NCBI GenBank assembly: GCA_022813965.1
Contig: JALDZS010000232.1
Span: 1-33,885, forward strand
Origin: Toensbergia leucococca
Taxonomy: Eukaryota
Direction: 5' to 3'
DNA: 33,885 bases
This document shows, one piece after another, positions 12,776 through 25,978 of this stretch. The notes beneath the pieces are model-generated. The model worked only from the letters and a program-made list of their open reading frames with translations. It was not told the DNA's origin and ran no database searches. The first letter of the stretch is position 1, and each line of letters begins with the position of its first letter. The position numbers and the translations under genes were made by a program.

Positions 12776-15564
12776 TTACGTCAGCGCAAACACCAACGCC
12801 AACCCCATGGGCACAATTTCTAATAGGACCCAGTTCCCCACCGTGAAACGATCCGCTGCTCCAACAGACTCCTCCACCCCTATCGTCATCGTAGCAGATG
12901 CCGCTACAACGGTCGTGTCAGGAAACCCGATCCCATTGGGACCTATACTTAGAGTCTCCACGCCAGCGACTATTGTTTCTGTGGGCGCACCGGGTCCAAT
13001 GGCGTAAGCGGTTCCGCTCATGAGGGCTTCCGAGGGGGCGAGGGAGAAGATTAGGCCGTCGACTGTCATGGCCGAGGGTATTTGGGTGGGGACGAGGATT
13101 GTTGTGCTTGCTAGGCCGATGCCGGAGGCCCCGATACTGATGCTTTGGTCATCGATGACTTTTGTGATAGGTACGGCCACAGAGATTAGGTGGAAGGTGG
13201 TACCGTCGATGACGGCTTCAAAGGGAGCGACGGAGATGCTTATACCGTCGACTGTTATGGCTAAGGGCGTTTGAGTGGGGAGGGGAATTGTTGCGCTGGC
13301 GATACCGATGCCGTTGGGCCCGATGCTGACGATTTGGCTACCTATTAATGTGGTAGTAGGTTTCGCGCCAAGCGGTATGCGCAAGGAAGTGCCGTCAATG
13401 ACAACTTCTGAAGGGGCGACGGAGATAGTCAGGTCTCCTTGTGTAAAGGCTGTAAAAGTCGGCTGTAATTGCTTTGTAGGTACGACGATGGTAGTCCCGG
13501 CGAATCCGATACCATTAGATCCAATGCTAATGGTTTGGCTCTGTTCTACAACAGTCGTCGGAGCTAGACCTGATGAGAAGGGGTATGTGGTCGATCCTAT
13601 TATGGCCTGGGCAGAATCAAGCGAGAAAGCTATACCATCTACTGTGATAGGTAACAGCTGAGAAGGGCTGCTGAGTTGTGTTGCTTGTGGAAATGTAACG
13701 GTTGTGCCAGCGGCGATGATTTGTGAAGGTTCAATAATAAAAGTCTGCCCACCTAGTACGGCTGTCTGCAAGGTGGAGGAGACCAGGGGAATAGTTGTGA
13801 AAGGTGCAATTAGCTGCAACGAATCAGCTGAAAGTGTCTGATCCTCGACGACAATCGGGGTAGCTGTGTTGGCTGGTAAAGAAGAGGGCAGAGAGACAGT
13901 CAGATCAGATGCAATAATCTGCGATGGATTGACCAAAAATGTGTTCCCTTTAAGTATCAAGGTGGAAACTTGTGAGCTTTGTGGTATGAGAGCCGATGTT
14001 CCGGAAGACTCTAGCAAGGGGCCTTTGAATGCCACGGATGAAATTTCGGGCGCTGTAGCTGGTAGGAACAATGTGGTCGACGAAGCAACAAGTCTGGAGG
14101 AACCAAGCTGGAAAGTCTGTCCGCTGAAAAGGAGTGACGTTGGAGATGCACCCTGAGAATTGATGGTAAAGTCTTCAAGGCCAACCGAAACGGGAATCCC
14201 GTCGACAGTCAAGTCGCTTGTAGCCAGCGCCTCCGTAGCAGGGCTCTTGTTGGTGCTGGACACCGAAGCAGAATCGCCTTGCATAGGCGATGTACTTCCT
14301 CCGTTGCTGGTTATTGAGATGGTGTTGACTGTAGGATTCACTTCACTACTACCGGCAGAACTAGACTTTGGAATCGTCCAGGGGCTATTGAGTACCGATG
14401 CAATTATGCCACCGATGCCTATAGTACATGTCAGAAATTGCCAAACCCACTAAAGTGCGACTGCACAGCAAATTAATGTGCTGTTGTGAATAGTCAATGC
14501 TTTATGTAGGCGCTTGCTTCTTGCATAGGCATATGTAATGATTAAGGATTGCGTTGCTTACCATTTTGTGATGCGGAAGATATATCGCCAGTCGCAGAGC
14601 CACGCTGAGATGTCGGAGACGAGGAATCCAGAGAGCTTGTTACACTACTTTGTACGGACAAATGCATCGAAGAATGACCGGGTATAGCTTCTTTCTGTGT
14701 TAGCGCTACGTCTGGTTGAGCAACATCTGTAGGGGGTGCGAAGACGGGCATTTGATCTGTTGTAAAGCTGATTACAGGTATTTTCTTTGTTACAAGCAAA
14801 GTGGATGTCGATGTAGAAAATGGGACACCAAAGCAATCGTACAGGCAGCCCTGTTCAAGCGTCACACAATAAGGGAGTGGCGTTATCAATGTAGGAGTAG
14901 GCATGGTAGCTGGAAACCCCACCGTAACTATTATGACCACAGTTATCGTAGTCGTAGAAGTCACCGTGGTAATTACAGGGCCACCTGGTAGAGAAGTCAA
15001 GATCCCGGAACAGCTTGAGATGCCACTGATGTTGTTATACGTAGTAAAGGCCCCACGGTTTCCCGGTAGCAGGGTGTTCCAATAAAATGGTTGATTTTGG
15101 ACGCTGGCCAGAGGAGCTTCACTGAACGAGAGATTTAACGAAGACGAGAGAGAGGCAGATATTGTTTCATTTGCTGCGTTATCTGTATCTCGAGAGGAAT
15201 TGTGGCTGCTCAAAGGAGTGATATCAGGAATTGGTTGATGCGTAGTAAGTGTAGCATTTCTAGAGAAATTTTGACTTAAGCTCATGGAATAGGCGGCACT
15301 TGATGCAAGCGTAGAGGCTTTATAGCTCCCAATCCAGGCATTTCCTGATTGTAGTTGCGAGGCGTACGAAGATTCTATTAGTATTGAAGAGGATGAAGTA
15401 GCCATTGGTATTGTGTCTAAATTAGTTGCTTGGAAGGCCATTGGAGACAGTGTAGGCAGACTGATTGCATCCTTTTGTGTGTAGCTGGTCAAGTTTTTGA
15501 AATCTCGTTGCTGTCGAATACGAACTATTAAACAAGATGTCAGCTTGTGCAGAAGCCCTTGCAA
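12776..15564 (-). CDS. Large Ser/Thr-rich putative cell-surface protein with internal beta-type repeats and a hydrophobic (GPI-signal-like) C-terminus; 5' end uncertain, may extend into 15601-15942
   Basis: ORF 14542-15564 joins in frame to ORF 12776-14341 via a GTAAGC..CTATAG intron (14561-14419), giving ..SQN-G-IGGIIASVLNSPW.. Very S/T/P/I/V-rich. Ends WVLLEIVPMGLALVFALT*. The upstream ORF 15601-15942 has a hydrophobic stretch that could be a signal/anchor, but no convincing splice donor was found. Confidence 0.7.
12890..13651 (-). repeat. Four tandem ~63-aa coding repeats in the surface protein
   Basis: PITVDGIAFSLDSAQAIIGSTTY..QTISIGSNGIGFAGTT / AFTQGDLTISVAPSEVVIDGTSL..QIVSIGPNGIGIASAT / AITVDGISISVAPFEAVIDGTTF..QSISIGASGIGLASTT / AMTVDGLIFSLAPSEALMSGTAY..ETLSIGPNGIGFPDTT. 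Confidence 0.85.
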
Positions 15565-16932
15565 CTAGTCCCTGACTGACACCCAGTATCATCTAATTTC
15601 TTAACAAGTGCCGAAGCAGACGTAGCGAACATCAATATTATCAAAAATACTGTCAAAGATCGAGTCGAGGGCATGACGAGTACTTGAATGTGGCACATTT
15701 TGGGGCAGAATTTCCCCAAAAATTATATGAGTAACGGTAAGTATTACAAGCACGAAAAATGTATTTAGGAACGATAAAAATGAGAGAGGTTTCTGACAAA
15801 TTCTCAGAAATGGACGAAAGATACTAGGGATGGTCGGGCAGGAGTCGATGATAGTGAAGGGCTTCATCAGCCATGGATATTGCTTTTTACATCGCCTCAA
15901 GGAGGTGAGCATGCTCGAAATTAGTCCTGGTGGACTTTGCATCCGCGTATAGCTTAGAGGTATCTCAAGACAGGTCCTAGGGTCGTTTGAAGGCTATCTT
16001 CAGCGTAGTCGCACGTCAAGTTGAAGCGTGACTCTTGCACAAGAGCTGTCGCCCTAGAACGATCAACGGAAGAACGACCAGCGGATGAGGCTGTCGGAGT
16101 CAGCACTAGCCATTTCCAGAGGAAGGTATTGTGAGTGTGCAGATGCAAATATAGATATATCTGGATACAGCATATCTTGAGGTAGGTAGTGGCTTCCAGC
16201 TCGGCTATTGCTTGCATCTGAATGGAAGTTCTTCTGACGTGCATTAGTGCGGCTGATCCAGGCAAGCCCTACTACACCTTATTCCAACCAACCCGAGTCA
16301 TAGTTGCCCCCCCTTTTCCTCATCCCAACTTCACCGTGCCTTGCACGTTGATTTCCGACATGCATTCCTCGGGCATCGGTAGATCCTCGGTGCTCATTGC
16401 GCTCCACACCAAGCATGTTCTGGACTTCCAATCAAGATTCGACTCGGCCCTCTGCAGCTCTCAGCCGCCTCAGCCAGAAGAGTCTTTTCTAGCCACCTTG
16501 TCTGTCTCGAACGCCCTCGCTATCTGCACTATGGTATTTGCTATACTTTCCAACCGGAGGCCTTTGACGGCAAATCCTTGCTTCCGATAATGACTTCTTT
16601 TTGATATTGGTCAAAACCCAGCACGTGGCGTGCATGTCTACGTCTGCCTCCACCTGCGAGGGCAGGGACTGTTGTGCATCAGGCGCATTAATCGAGACCA
16701 AAAATATAGGCCAGACAAGCACCAAGCACTTGGCGTCTTTTCTACCTGGGCATGCTTTCCAGCCTCTGACCACCTTGAAAATCCCCGAGAATACCGTCAA
16801 AATATAGACTAGGATTACACCTAGGAAACAGAGACAACATGATCTTGCGATTGCGATCTTTGAATTTCATGTTGCTACGACACGTTACGTTGCGGCGCTC
16901 AAAGCCTCCATTCTAAGGCTTTCTGACCAGGT

Positions 16933-19457
16933 ATGAAATTCCTCAGCGGATTTCCTTGTACACTTGGAATACTGGGCATCATTTGCTCCTCAATTCTCCT
17001 GCTATCGTTAGAAGTGGGCGCGAGTCCGACCGCTATATCAATACCTGTTAGGACAGATTGGTAAGGCAGGCCGTCGGCCTTCTATTATTCTTCAGAAGAC
17101 TGATTTCTCGGGCTAGGTTTGGCTATGATGGAAGTTGGAGCCCGTAAGATCATGATTGCTTCCTGACAGCGTACGGAACGTACATTGAACCACTGTACAC
17201 AGCGTCTCGATACGGGTCGGATCTCCACCGCAATGGGTTGATCTTTTTGTTAGTACGATGAGTGAGGAGACGTGGGTCGTGGGGCCTGGAGGATGTGATA
17301 GTAGTAAGTATCATCTCATTTTGACAATTTTATCAGGCGCTGTCGATACATGCGCTTGTGCTCTCAACTTCCTTCTCTTTTCATTCTACGTAAAAGCCTA
17401 TTACTGAGCACTCTTTCAATATCGGCAAAGTTTTGTGTAGGTTGTCTTTTCTTCCTGACAAGTCCCGGCTCCAATTTGATTGTTTTTTGCCTTGGCGAAA
17501 TATAAATCGACGTAATGCTAAGCAATGAGGTTGTGATCACAGCTCAAATATGTCAGATCAAACGTGGCGGCTTATTCCAATCAAACGAGTCAAGTACGTG
17601 GCAAAGCGTGGGATTCTTTGAGCTCGGTCTTGACCCTCAACTGGGATTTGGTGACTATGGCGACTACGGATATGACAACATCGCTCTTGATGACCAGACG
17701 TCGGTACCGTCGCAGATAATAGGAGTTATAAACAGTACAGACTACTGGCTTGGCTTTCTCGGCCTCGGCGTCAAGCCTACCAATTTCACTAGCCAGGACA
17801 AACCGACCTTCTTGGATAGTATAGTAGAGAACCAAAGTTTGGTTCCTAGCCATAGCTATGGTTATACAGCAGGAGCTTATTATCGTAGGTGCCAGTGAGG
17901 CCTCTCATACACGTGAAGCTTACATTCACAGGCCTGAAAACAGTACCCTCATCGCTCACGATTGGAGGCTACGACGCCAACAGATTTGATCCACACAATA
18001 TCAGTTTTAATCTCGATCCTAACCAGAATCCTGTGGTTTCCCTTGTTGATATAATTGTGACAACGGCAGCACTTCCAACATCCAACATCAGCACAGGATG
18101 GTCGAGCAACTCTTTGACTTTGTCTGAAACTGGAGACGCAGAATTCTATACAATAGACTCGTCAACGCCATATTTGTGGTTGCCGAAGACGATCTGTGCG
18201 AGATTTGAGGAAGCTCTCGGTCTCAACTATGACGAGGCTCTCCAGTTGTACACTTTTGACACTGGCTCTCCTCAACATGAAATCCTGAAGAATTGGAATA
18301 TGACATTCAACTTCGTAATCGCAGATCTACCTGGCTCTTCAAGAACTGTATCCATTTCACTTCCGTACGCGGCTTTTGACTTACAGCTATCCTATCCTTT
18401 CCCTGGGTTGAACGCGACGGCATCATCCTCTGCAATTAATTATTTCCCCCTTCGAAAAGCTGCAAATAGCACCCAAAATACTATAGGAAGAGCCTTCTTG
18501 CAAGAAAGTTACCTCATCGTAGATTACGAGAGAAACAACTTTTCTGTCCACCAAGCGACATTCGCCACAGATGCTATTACAAACAACAAGCTCATTGATA
18601 TCACTAGACCAGAGAACAGTACCTTCGCAGGCCCTGATGACTCGGGACATAGCGTTCTAGGCAAAAGCGCACTAGCTGGTATTACTGTCGGTCTTGTTCT
18701 TATCCTAGCTATTATAGTGGCTTTCTGGTTGTGCCTCCGTCAGCGTCGGCGTCACCTGCTCATGGAAGGAATGAGTGACAAGTTGCGTGACGGCAGCATA
18801 AAGAAAGCGAGCTCTATAAAAAACAGATTCCTTGGCTGGCTTTCCAATAGGTCAAATCGAGATTATCTAGTGGAGGTTGCTGGCTCCTCTTATTTCGCTA
18901 CCGAAGCTCCTACGGGTCTTGAGGTGACGGAGCTTCCTGGCAGCACTATGTCGGAGCTTCCAGGTGGAAACACAGAGATAGGTAACCTTGAAAGTGCTGA
19001 TCAAAAATCCCCAAGAGGCAATATCATCGTTCCTGTTGGTCATAATCCTAAGAAGCCAGTCGAGCTACAAGACCAATCAAGCCTTGGAAGATTCTTCGAG
19101 CCGGAGAAAGATCTAAGAACCAGTCCAACGCCGCTGGCGACCTACTCGCCATGTTGTCTAGAGAGGCAGGATACCCATGATACTAAAGTCCCTAGTAAAA
19201 GCAGCGGGGAAATGAACGATGTTTCAAGTCAATCATCGACTCCGATATTTAGTCCTCTGACACCGGAGAAAATGGAGAAGCCAGCCCTAGCTAGAATCAA
19301 ACAGGACCGCGGTGCATTTGCACTTGTAGCTGATCGAGTAAGATATCATGTTGGAGGCCGCGAGACCCTAGCTCAAGAACGAAGCGCTGAAATACCGAAT
19401 CCAGACTCAGGTTTTCAAGAGGGCCCGCGCAAGTTCAATTGGGAGGAGGATAGGTGA
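16933..19457 (+). CDS. Pepsin-like (peptidase A1) fold type I membrane protein, probably catalytically atypical
   Basis: Exons 16933-17059, 17117-17143, 17203-17303, 17543-17884 and 17932-19457. N-terminal signal-like hydrophobic stretch (GILGIICSSILLLSLEVGA). A1 features: W-FGYDGSWS, IRVGSPPQ, GFLGLG, PSHSYGYTAGAYY, SLTIGGYD, IDSSTPYLWLP and IGRAFLQESYLIVDYERNNFSV. Single TM segment LAGITVGLVLILAIIVAFWLCL followed by RQRRR and a disordered tail. Confidence 0.85.
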
Positions 19458-21160
19458 GAATGAGGGAATGGCATTCGCTCCCGTTGTCCGCTTTACTGTC
19501 ATATTCCCCTTACCTCCTACCCTGTCAATACATATGCATGCATCTGGCTTTTGGCTGTGGGCTTGACCTGAATTAAGAGCCAATCATTGGGACCTTTCAA
19601 ATCTTATTACGATCGACCCCTAGATAACGAAATGACATCTCAGCATTGAATCATAAGAGACAACTCATGAATTCAGGCCCGTACATGATTCTTTCTGCAT
19701 TGAAGATATTGTTCACACTGATCTTTTCAATACATTCTCTGTCTTGTTCGGTGTTCGAGATATCTTCGACTCTGTTTAAGATCTTCCTAGCATGTACTTG
19801 GTGTAGCCTTTGATCTCGACCCCATTGGTAATCGCCTTACAAATATGATAAGAGCATTACAACCCACAAAGACAGACGATGCACTCCAACAAATTCGCCT
19901 TACATTCCTTTCATGGATCATGGAGCCTGACATTTAAAGGTCTCATCCATGCACGTCGTCGCTACTCGATCGATGTATTCATCGTTGATGGGGATAGGAA
20001 ATGGTTGCAAATAGGGGGTTTGAAATCGGAATGCTTTGAAGTAGTGAGGGGTTCGTATGGTCACACTCTTTGTCGATGGTTTAGATGGTGGTTCAATGGC
20101 AAGCTCCAACTGAGACTCTTCTATTTAGATCCTCTTCTTTCCCTACTTATTCTGTGATTGACAGGTGTGTTTGTTATCCATTGAAAAAATAATTAAACAA
20201 CCAAGCCTACAATTCATCTCCCTTGGATACAAAAGGGGCTGCTTTCCTTGCCGTCGAGGTCGCTGTCACAGTCAACCAAAGCCCTTTAAATCATCAATCT
20301 GTTCCATAGGAGCGACAAGAATAGCGTTCGAGCTACATTTTTACTGAAAACTTGGAGGTCCATCTATGAAGAGAACTACCATACGCCAGAGATAAAAGAT
20401 GGATACAATGACCATGGAAGTAAGGGACTGAGAAAGCAACAGCATCGTTATCACCACCGTCCCATCTGCTGTTTCTCTCGTCCAGAAATTTGCCCTTGCA
20501 GATGGACCTGAGACTTGTCAGCCAAAATGCAACTCAGAGGCTGTTCTTGCACTTCTGTTGAAGGAATGATGAGTCGAAAGGCAGTGCGAACATTGGGAGG
20601 GAGACAAAAAAGTCATGGTGTATGTGTGAAACGCGGGTAGAATGATATGTAGAATGAAGGATTAAGAAGAGATGGAAATCGTCGTGACTCGTTGTAAGAT
20701 ATTGGATGAGAGGTTCACAGAGGTTCTTTTTCAGGGATGGTGTCTTTAGCTGATGGGCTACACATGAGGTCTCTTCATGAAATGAATACCTAGATGATTT
20801 CTCATTGGGGTCGCCATCAAATGGAACCGATGGATGGGGGTATTCACGGACGATGTTGTCCACCATTGGCGTGCATCGACTTCTATCATAATGTCTTTGT
20901 AAAATTTCATCAGTTTTATTAATTCTCTTTGAGAAGTGAATGCTGAGCTCTATCGTCTAGTACATGAAATATCTATGAGCGAGATTCTATTCGTCAGAAG
21001 CGGAAACAACATTATTAGCAACTTCACTAGAGAACTAGTGTCAACCCTTAGCCTGTACTGCGGACTGCCCGTGTCTACTCACACCTAATCTTTCTATTAA
21101 GCTCATTCATCACTTCTGATCCGGTCTTCTATCGTATGGGTCTCTAGGTCAAAGCAGAGA

Positions 21161-22109
21161 TCAATATTCGTCATCCATAGTGATACCGTACTTTGCGAAC
21201 GGAAATCCCACGAGCGATTCGAATAGCTCTCCCCACCCGTCGTCAATCCTTCCTGGGCTCTGATCCTCTCGTGTCCCCTTCAGACTTCCAGGGAATTGCG
21301 ATCCTGTCAGGCCTGCTAGTATTTCCTTTTCTTGCCCTTTACGTATCTTCAATAGCTCTGGATGTGGACACCACACCACTCTCATCCCGGCCTTTCTTCC
21401 CGCCTCGACCCCAGTCACTGAATCCTCGAAGACCAGGCACTCATCAGGGCTTATTTCCATTTCCTTTCCCTCGGCTCGAATCTCCCTGTTTATAGCCTCA
21501 AGCGCCAGGAGGTAGATGTCCGGCGCAGGCTTTCCCTTGCCAGGTCGTATTCGCGGGTCGTCGCCTAGGATGCGGCGCGACGGAGTAAAGTAAGAAAAGA
21601 CGTGCGGCAGGTGGGTGGTTTTGTGTGTAAAATTTACCAAGTTGGAAGACGAAGCCAGTGCCATATGGATGTTGTTCTCCGAGAGGGTGTGCAGGAGCGT
21701 TGTGATCCCCGGCAGAGGCTGGGCACTTGGGAATATCTTACGCTGCAGGGCGGCTTGTCTGGATGCCAGTTCCGAATGAGTAAGGGGCAATTGAGCCCAG
21801 GCGCGGAATATTTCGCGGGACTAATGAGAATTAGTTTGAGGTTTTGGTGGCACCAACCTGTGAATAAGAGTTACGTACCTCAGGCCCTGGACGGCCTTGA
21901 ATTAGGGCTTTGATTTTCCATGGAAGAGATGGTCTGCCATACTCATGGAGGATTACGTTATTGCATGCGGTATAGAGGTCCTCGGTGTCAATAAGAAGAC
22001 CATCCATATCGAACAGACAGGCTCGAATCGGGGGAAATCTATTGGGTCAGCGTAAACCAGTCCAGGAGATTCACGCAGGCTTCACTTACCCAATCCTCGA
22101 AGGTGACAT
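21161..22109 (-). CDS. HAD-superfamily hydrolase, pseudouridine-5'-phosphatase (HDHD1/PUDP, YKL033W-A)-like
   Basis: Exons 22109-22090, 22038-21879 and 21820-21161. Motif I ACLFDMDGLLIDTEDLY, motif II ALASSS, motif III GKGKPAPDIYL, motif IV CLVFEDSVTGVEAGRKAGMRVVWCPHP. Confidence 0.88.
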
Positions 22110-22631
22110 GACACTTTATTCTCCTTGCGATTCACCGTGATAGAAGATTACTGTTGGGACGCTGGAGCAAATGATATGCTTTGCTATGTATGTTTAGAGA
22201 TGTGACACACTGCTCTACATCAGAGTTGCAGGGAAATCGAGTTTGTGTGGACTTAAATGTATGTGTGTGGGTTTTGTTGTGCGAAGTGAATTCAGGGAGC
22301 AGACGAATGTGCAATGAATTATAAGAAATAGTCCCAGGCGGAAGAAGCCAACAAATGTGAATTACAGGGCCTATTTCGAGGTCTGATCACACGCATCACA
22401 CGCATGCATTGCGGGTAAACAATAGCTGGATCTGGGGACTGGGATGCTGGGAATGCTCGATCGCTACCTACCTTACTCCGTACCTAGGAAACTTTACTCG
22501 TACATCTGATAAGGCTGCATACCCGTACGCAGACTCGTATCCGCCTTGTCGCCAAATCACGTGCAACACAAGCCGAAGGATTGCGCATTGACATTCTGCC
22601 CTTGTATCATTTGTCAAAACGTCCAAAAGAC

Positions 22632-23603
22632 ATGTCTCCATCAACCTCCAGCGATATCTTACAAAAGGCCAGCAGTAATACCGAAATACTAGATACCCAA
22701 AATCCAGCTCGATTTGACCCAGCGGAAGAGGCAGTTAGCCGCACCTCTTCCCCCCAGTACAGCCTTACATGACTGATTCTGTGTCAGAACTTACTGGGCG
22801 AGTCAAATGAGCAGAAGGCGCAGGCTAACAAGCTCTTTGGGTCTTTGCGTTATTCCGAGGCTATCGGCGAGTACGACAAAGCACTGTCGTCATGCCCAAA
22901 TTATCTTGAATACGAAATTGCAGTCCTGAAGAGCAATATCGCCGCTTGCCATCTTAAGTTGGAAGACTGGAAGGCAGCCGTTGACACCGCCACTGCAGCC
23001 TTGGATGCCCTAGAGAGGCTTGAGCCGAAGAACGTGAGACAAAACGACGAGGAAGGGCATGGGGATGGTGGTATCGTAGAGATTATAGGTGAAGGCGGAG
23101 AAGTGGAGAAGGAACTGGCAAGCCTCAAAATTAAGGATCAGAGGAGAGATGATGTGCAGAGGATACGTGCCAAAGCTTTGATGCGAAGAGCTAAGGCTAG
23201 AATAGAGCAAGGGGGATGGGGAAATCTACAAGGCGCGGAAGAAGGTATGCGCATGCCCTTGTCTCTCAGAGGACCCTTAACTCATGCTCCACAGACTACA
23301 AAGAACTTTCACAAATGCCGAATCTGCCTATTCAAGACAGAAAGATAGTGCAGAAGGCATTATCAACATTACCCCCCCAAATAAATGGAGCGAAGGAGAA
23401 GGAAATGGGGGAAATGATGGGCAAACTAAAGGAGGTCAGTCACAAGCATCTTCAGCCAGTTATCGAGCCAAGTTTTGGTCATTAATGGCTTGCAGCTGGG
23501 CAACGGAATTTTGAAGCCCTTCGGCTTATCGACAGACAACTTCAAAATGAACAAGGATGAAGCGACAGGAGGTTACAGCATGCAATTCGACCAGGGGAGG
23601 TAA
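22632..23603 (+). CDS. TTC1: Tetratricopeptide repeat protein 1 (TTC1)-like
   Basis: Exons 22632-22733, 22788-23244, 23295-23434 and 23496-23603. TPR segments [44 protein letters not shown] and [12 protein letters not shown]1-type C-terminus [39 protein letters not shown]. Confidence 0.87.
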
Positions 23604-24681
23604 ACTGGGGAATTCAAAAGTGAAAAGTACCAACGATATAGAATTGGCTCTACTATGAAGCAATAATTGGTGTGTACAGCACATTCGGGATATTCCGGGA
23701 GCAGGGACCATTCGATGAAACGAGAACCGTTGCGCCTATTGCGCTTCAAGAGAAGTCAAACAACTCTCCTCACCAATCCACAGGGCACGTCTTATCTAGC
23801 CTAAGTGCTGGACGAGCCGTTTGCATGTGTTTGCAAACCCTGATTGCTTATCAAACCCGGCGTGTTGTTTCTTCGCTTGATCATTGGCTTCTTCAACCTC
23901 ATCCAAGCCCGCTGATCAAATGAATTTCAATTCCCAACCCGGCTAAGCACTACGTCTGTCGCTATGATGGCATTCATGAGTCTTTATCCTCCTTCCACGC
24001 AATGTCTATCTTAGTAATATGTCGTCTTCCAAGGAACCTGTTACTGCAAATACACATTACAAAAGGATCGTAACCCTTGGCCCAGTGGACTTGACCATAA
24101 ATCTCACGGAAATCAACATCAATCACACCTTTCGTTAACTCACCTATGTCTACATCGACTACCTCCACGACACGATGCACTAAAACCCCTTCAATTCGCC
24201 CCTCAGTATTAGTGGCAGACTTCCACGAAAACACTACAAAGTGATAATGCTATATTGTTCTCCATCAGCACAAGACTCATTCACAGACTCGTCATACAGC
24301 TCGTCTATGTAGTGCACATTTTCAATAACCACCTTTTCAAACCCATGTACAGATCATCGTCTCTACAGCTTCTAAGGTCGGCCTGGAAACGAGGAGAAAG
24401 GTTCGGGAAAGATTGCTGTTATCATTTCACGATGTGGGTTCCAAATACACACAATTTTTACTTCCTGCTTCTGTGGCCCGGCCGGATCATTGTGGTAGGA
24501 ATTTATCTGTAGGTGACTTGGTGAACTGTGAAAATTAGAATCAGGGCGTGACTAAGATCAGTGGTTGATAATCAATGATGGATGCAGTATCTGATAGGTA
24601 TGAGTTATTATTTATGTTGGTCAAGGGAATGATTAGCCAAGCCAAGCCAGATTTCGGGCGTGCACCCACACATGATAAGCA

Positions 24682-25978
24682 TCACGAAAAGAAAAATGCA
24701 TTGCCCTCTGCGTCTTTTCGGATCCCGCGACTGTAATCTTTTCCCGGATCGAATGCCTCCCACACACTCGCTGGAAAAATATGCTTATTTCGCTCGTACC
24801 ATCGTCTGTCGACCACTTTCGTGAAATTGGGATCGTCGTTAAAACCTTCAAGGCGAGAGTCTGAGGCTGTGATAGTTCCATTGTTACGTTTAGGCTTCAA
24901 GGATTGGGAGAGGGGATCGTAGGTCGAGAGCTCTGGAGAAGGGGAGCGGGATAAGGATACCGAACGGGAGAGTGGGGTGGACTTGGAGGAGTAATCGAAT
25001 AGAGGTGTGCCAGTTGGACCGAGCGTCTTGTTGACGATGAAATAATAGAATTCGTAATGCTAGAAGCTGAGTCAGGCAAGGATCTGCGTATATTCTTGTT
25101 CTGCATCGAGATATGCTTACGTGAGGAATTATCACTTCACCCCTTACGAGCATGAGGTCGTCTACTCCAACCCTTGCCCATTCACGCCGGCTGCCTGCTT
25201 TCTCTCCCCCTCCAACACCAAGCTCTGCGCCTACTTTCCGACTTCTGTCAAGAAACAGCCAGATATAATCCCCCTTCTTGATTTTGCATACACCGCCTGG
25301 TATGTTGGTGCCGTCGTAGAAGACAAATGGGATGAGAATTTCTGACGCTTTGACGACTTCTTGCATCGACAGAAACTCCTTCCTTAGCTGTTCTCGAGTC
25401 TGCACTTCCCGGAGTAGGGCAGACTTGGTCATGACTTTCGGTGCAACAGCAACATTAGCATTTGGACCAAGACGCTTCTTCTCTGGACCATCGTCATTTC
25501 CAAGCATGGGAGAGTCCTTCGTCGCTGTCGTCACATCCGGCGTGCTCGACCTCGGAGTTTCCGTAGCAGAAGTAGCAGATCCATCATTCTCTTCTTCGTC
25601 TAACCCAAACGACAATTTTCCCTTTGCGACCGCTTTCCGCTTTTTCTTCGGCGGTAGCGGTGTAGAGACACTGTACTTTGACCATTAGCCCTACCCCTTT
25701 TCCACCAAAGTGCGCTGCGGCACTTACCCGTCGCTCGGAGTCGCAGCACCTGAAGCAGGGGTAAATCGACCAAAGCTCGGACCCTGAGCTTCTCGCTCCT
25801 TCTGTTCGAGTGCTTCGGCTCGACGTTTGCGAAAGTCGGAGAGATGGACTAGGCCTACAGTTTGGGATTTGAGGAGGTCTTCGGCTGTGGAGGCCTGAGA
25901 TGTAAAGCGTGAGCTAGGGGCCGGATTTGGGGTGGAGACTCTGGAGGGGGTGCTGGATGAGGGATTGGAGGCTGCCAT
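24682..25978 (-). CDS. XAP5: XAP5/FAM50 family nuclear protein
   Basis: Exons 25978-25728, 25670-25121 and 25059-24682. Motifs [70 protein letters not shown] and [26 protein letters not shown]. Confidence 0.93.

Noticed and set aside
12807..14453. Chain of plus-strand ORFs (12807, 13020, 13275, 13866, 14160) opposite the repeat protein
   Set aside because: Antisense shadows caused by the codon bias of the Ser/Thr/Ile/Val-rich sense gene; no independent motifs.
23974..24400. Protein-like fragments between the TTC1-like and XAP5 genes (e.g. + strand TLGPVDLTINLTEININHTFR*)
   Set aside because: Multiple stops and no recognisable family; cannot be distinguished from intergenic or UTR DNA.
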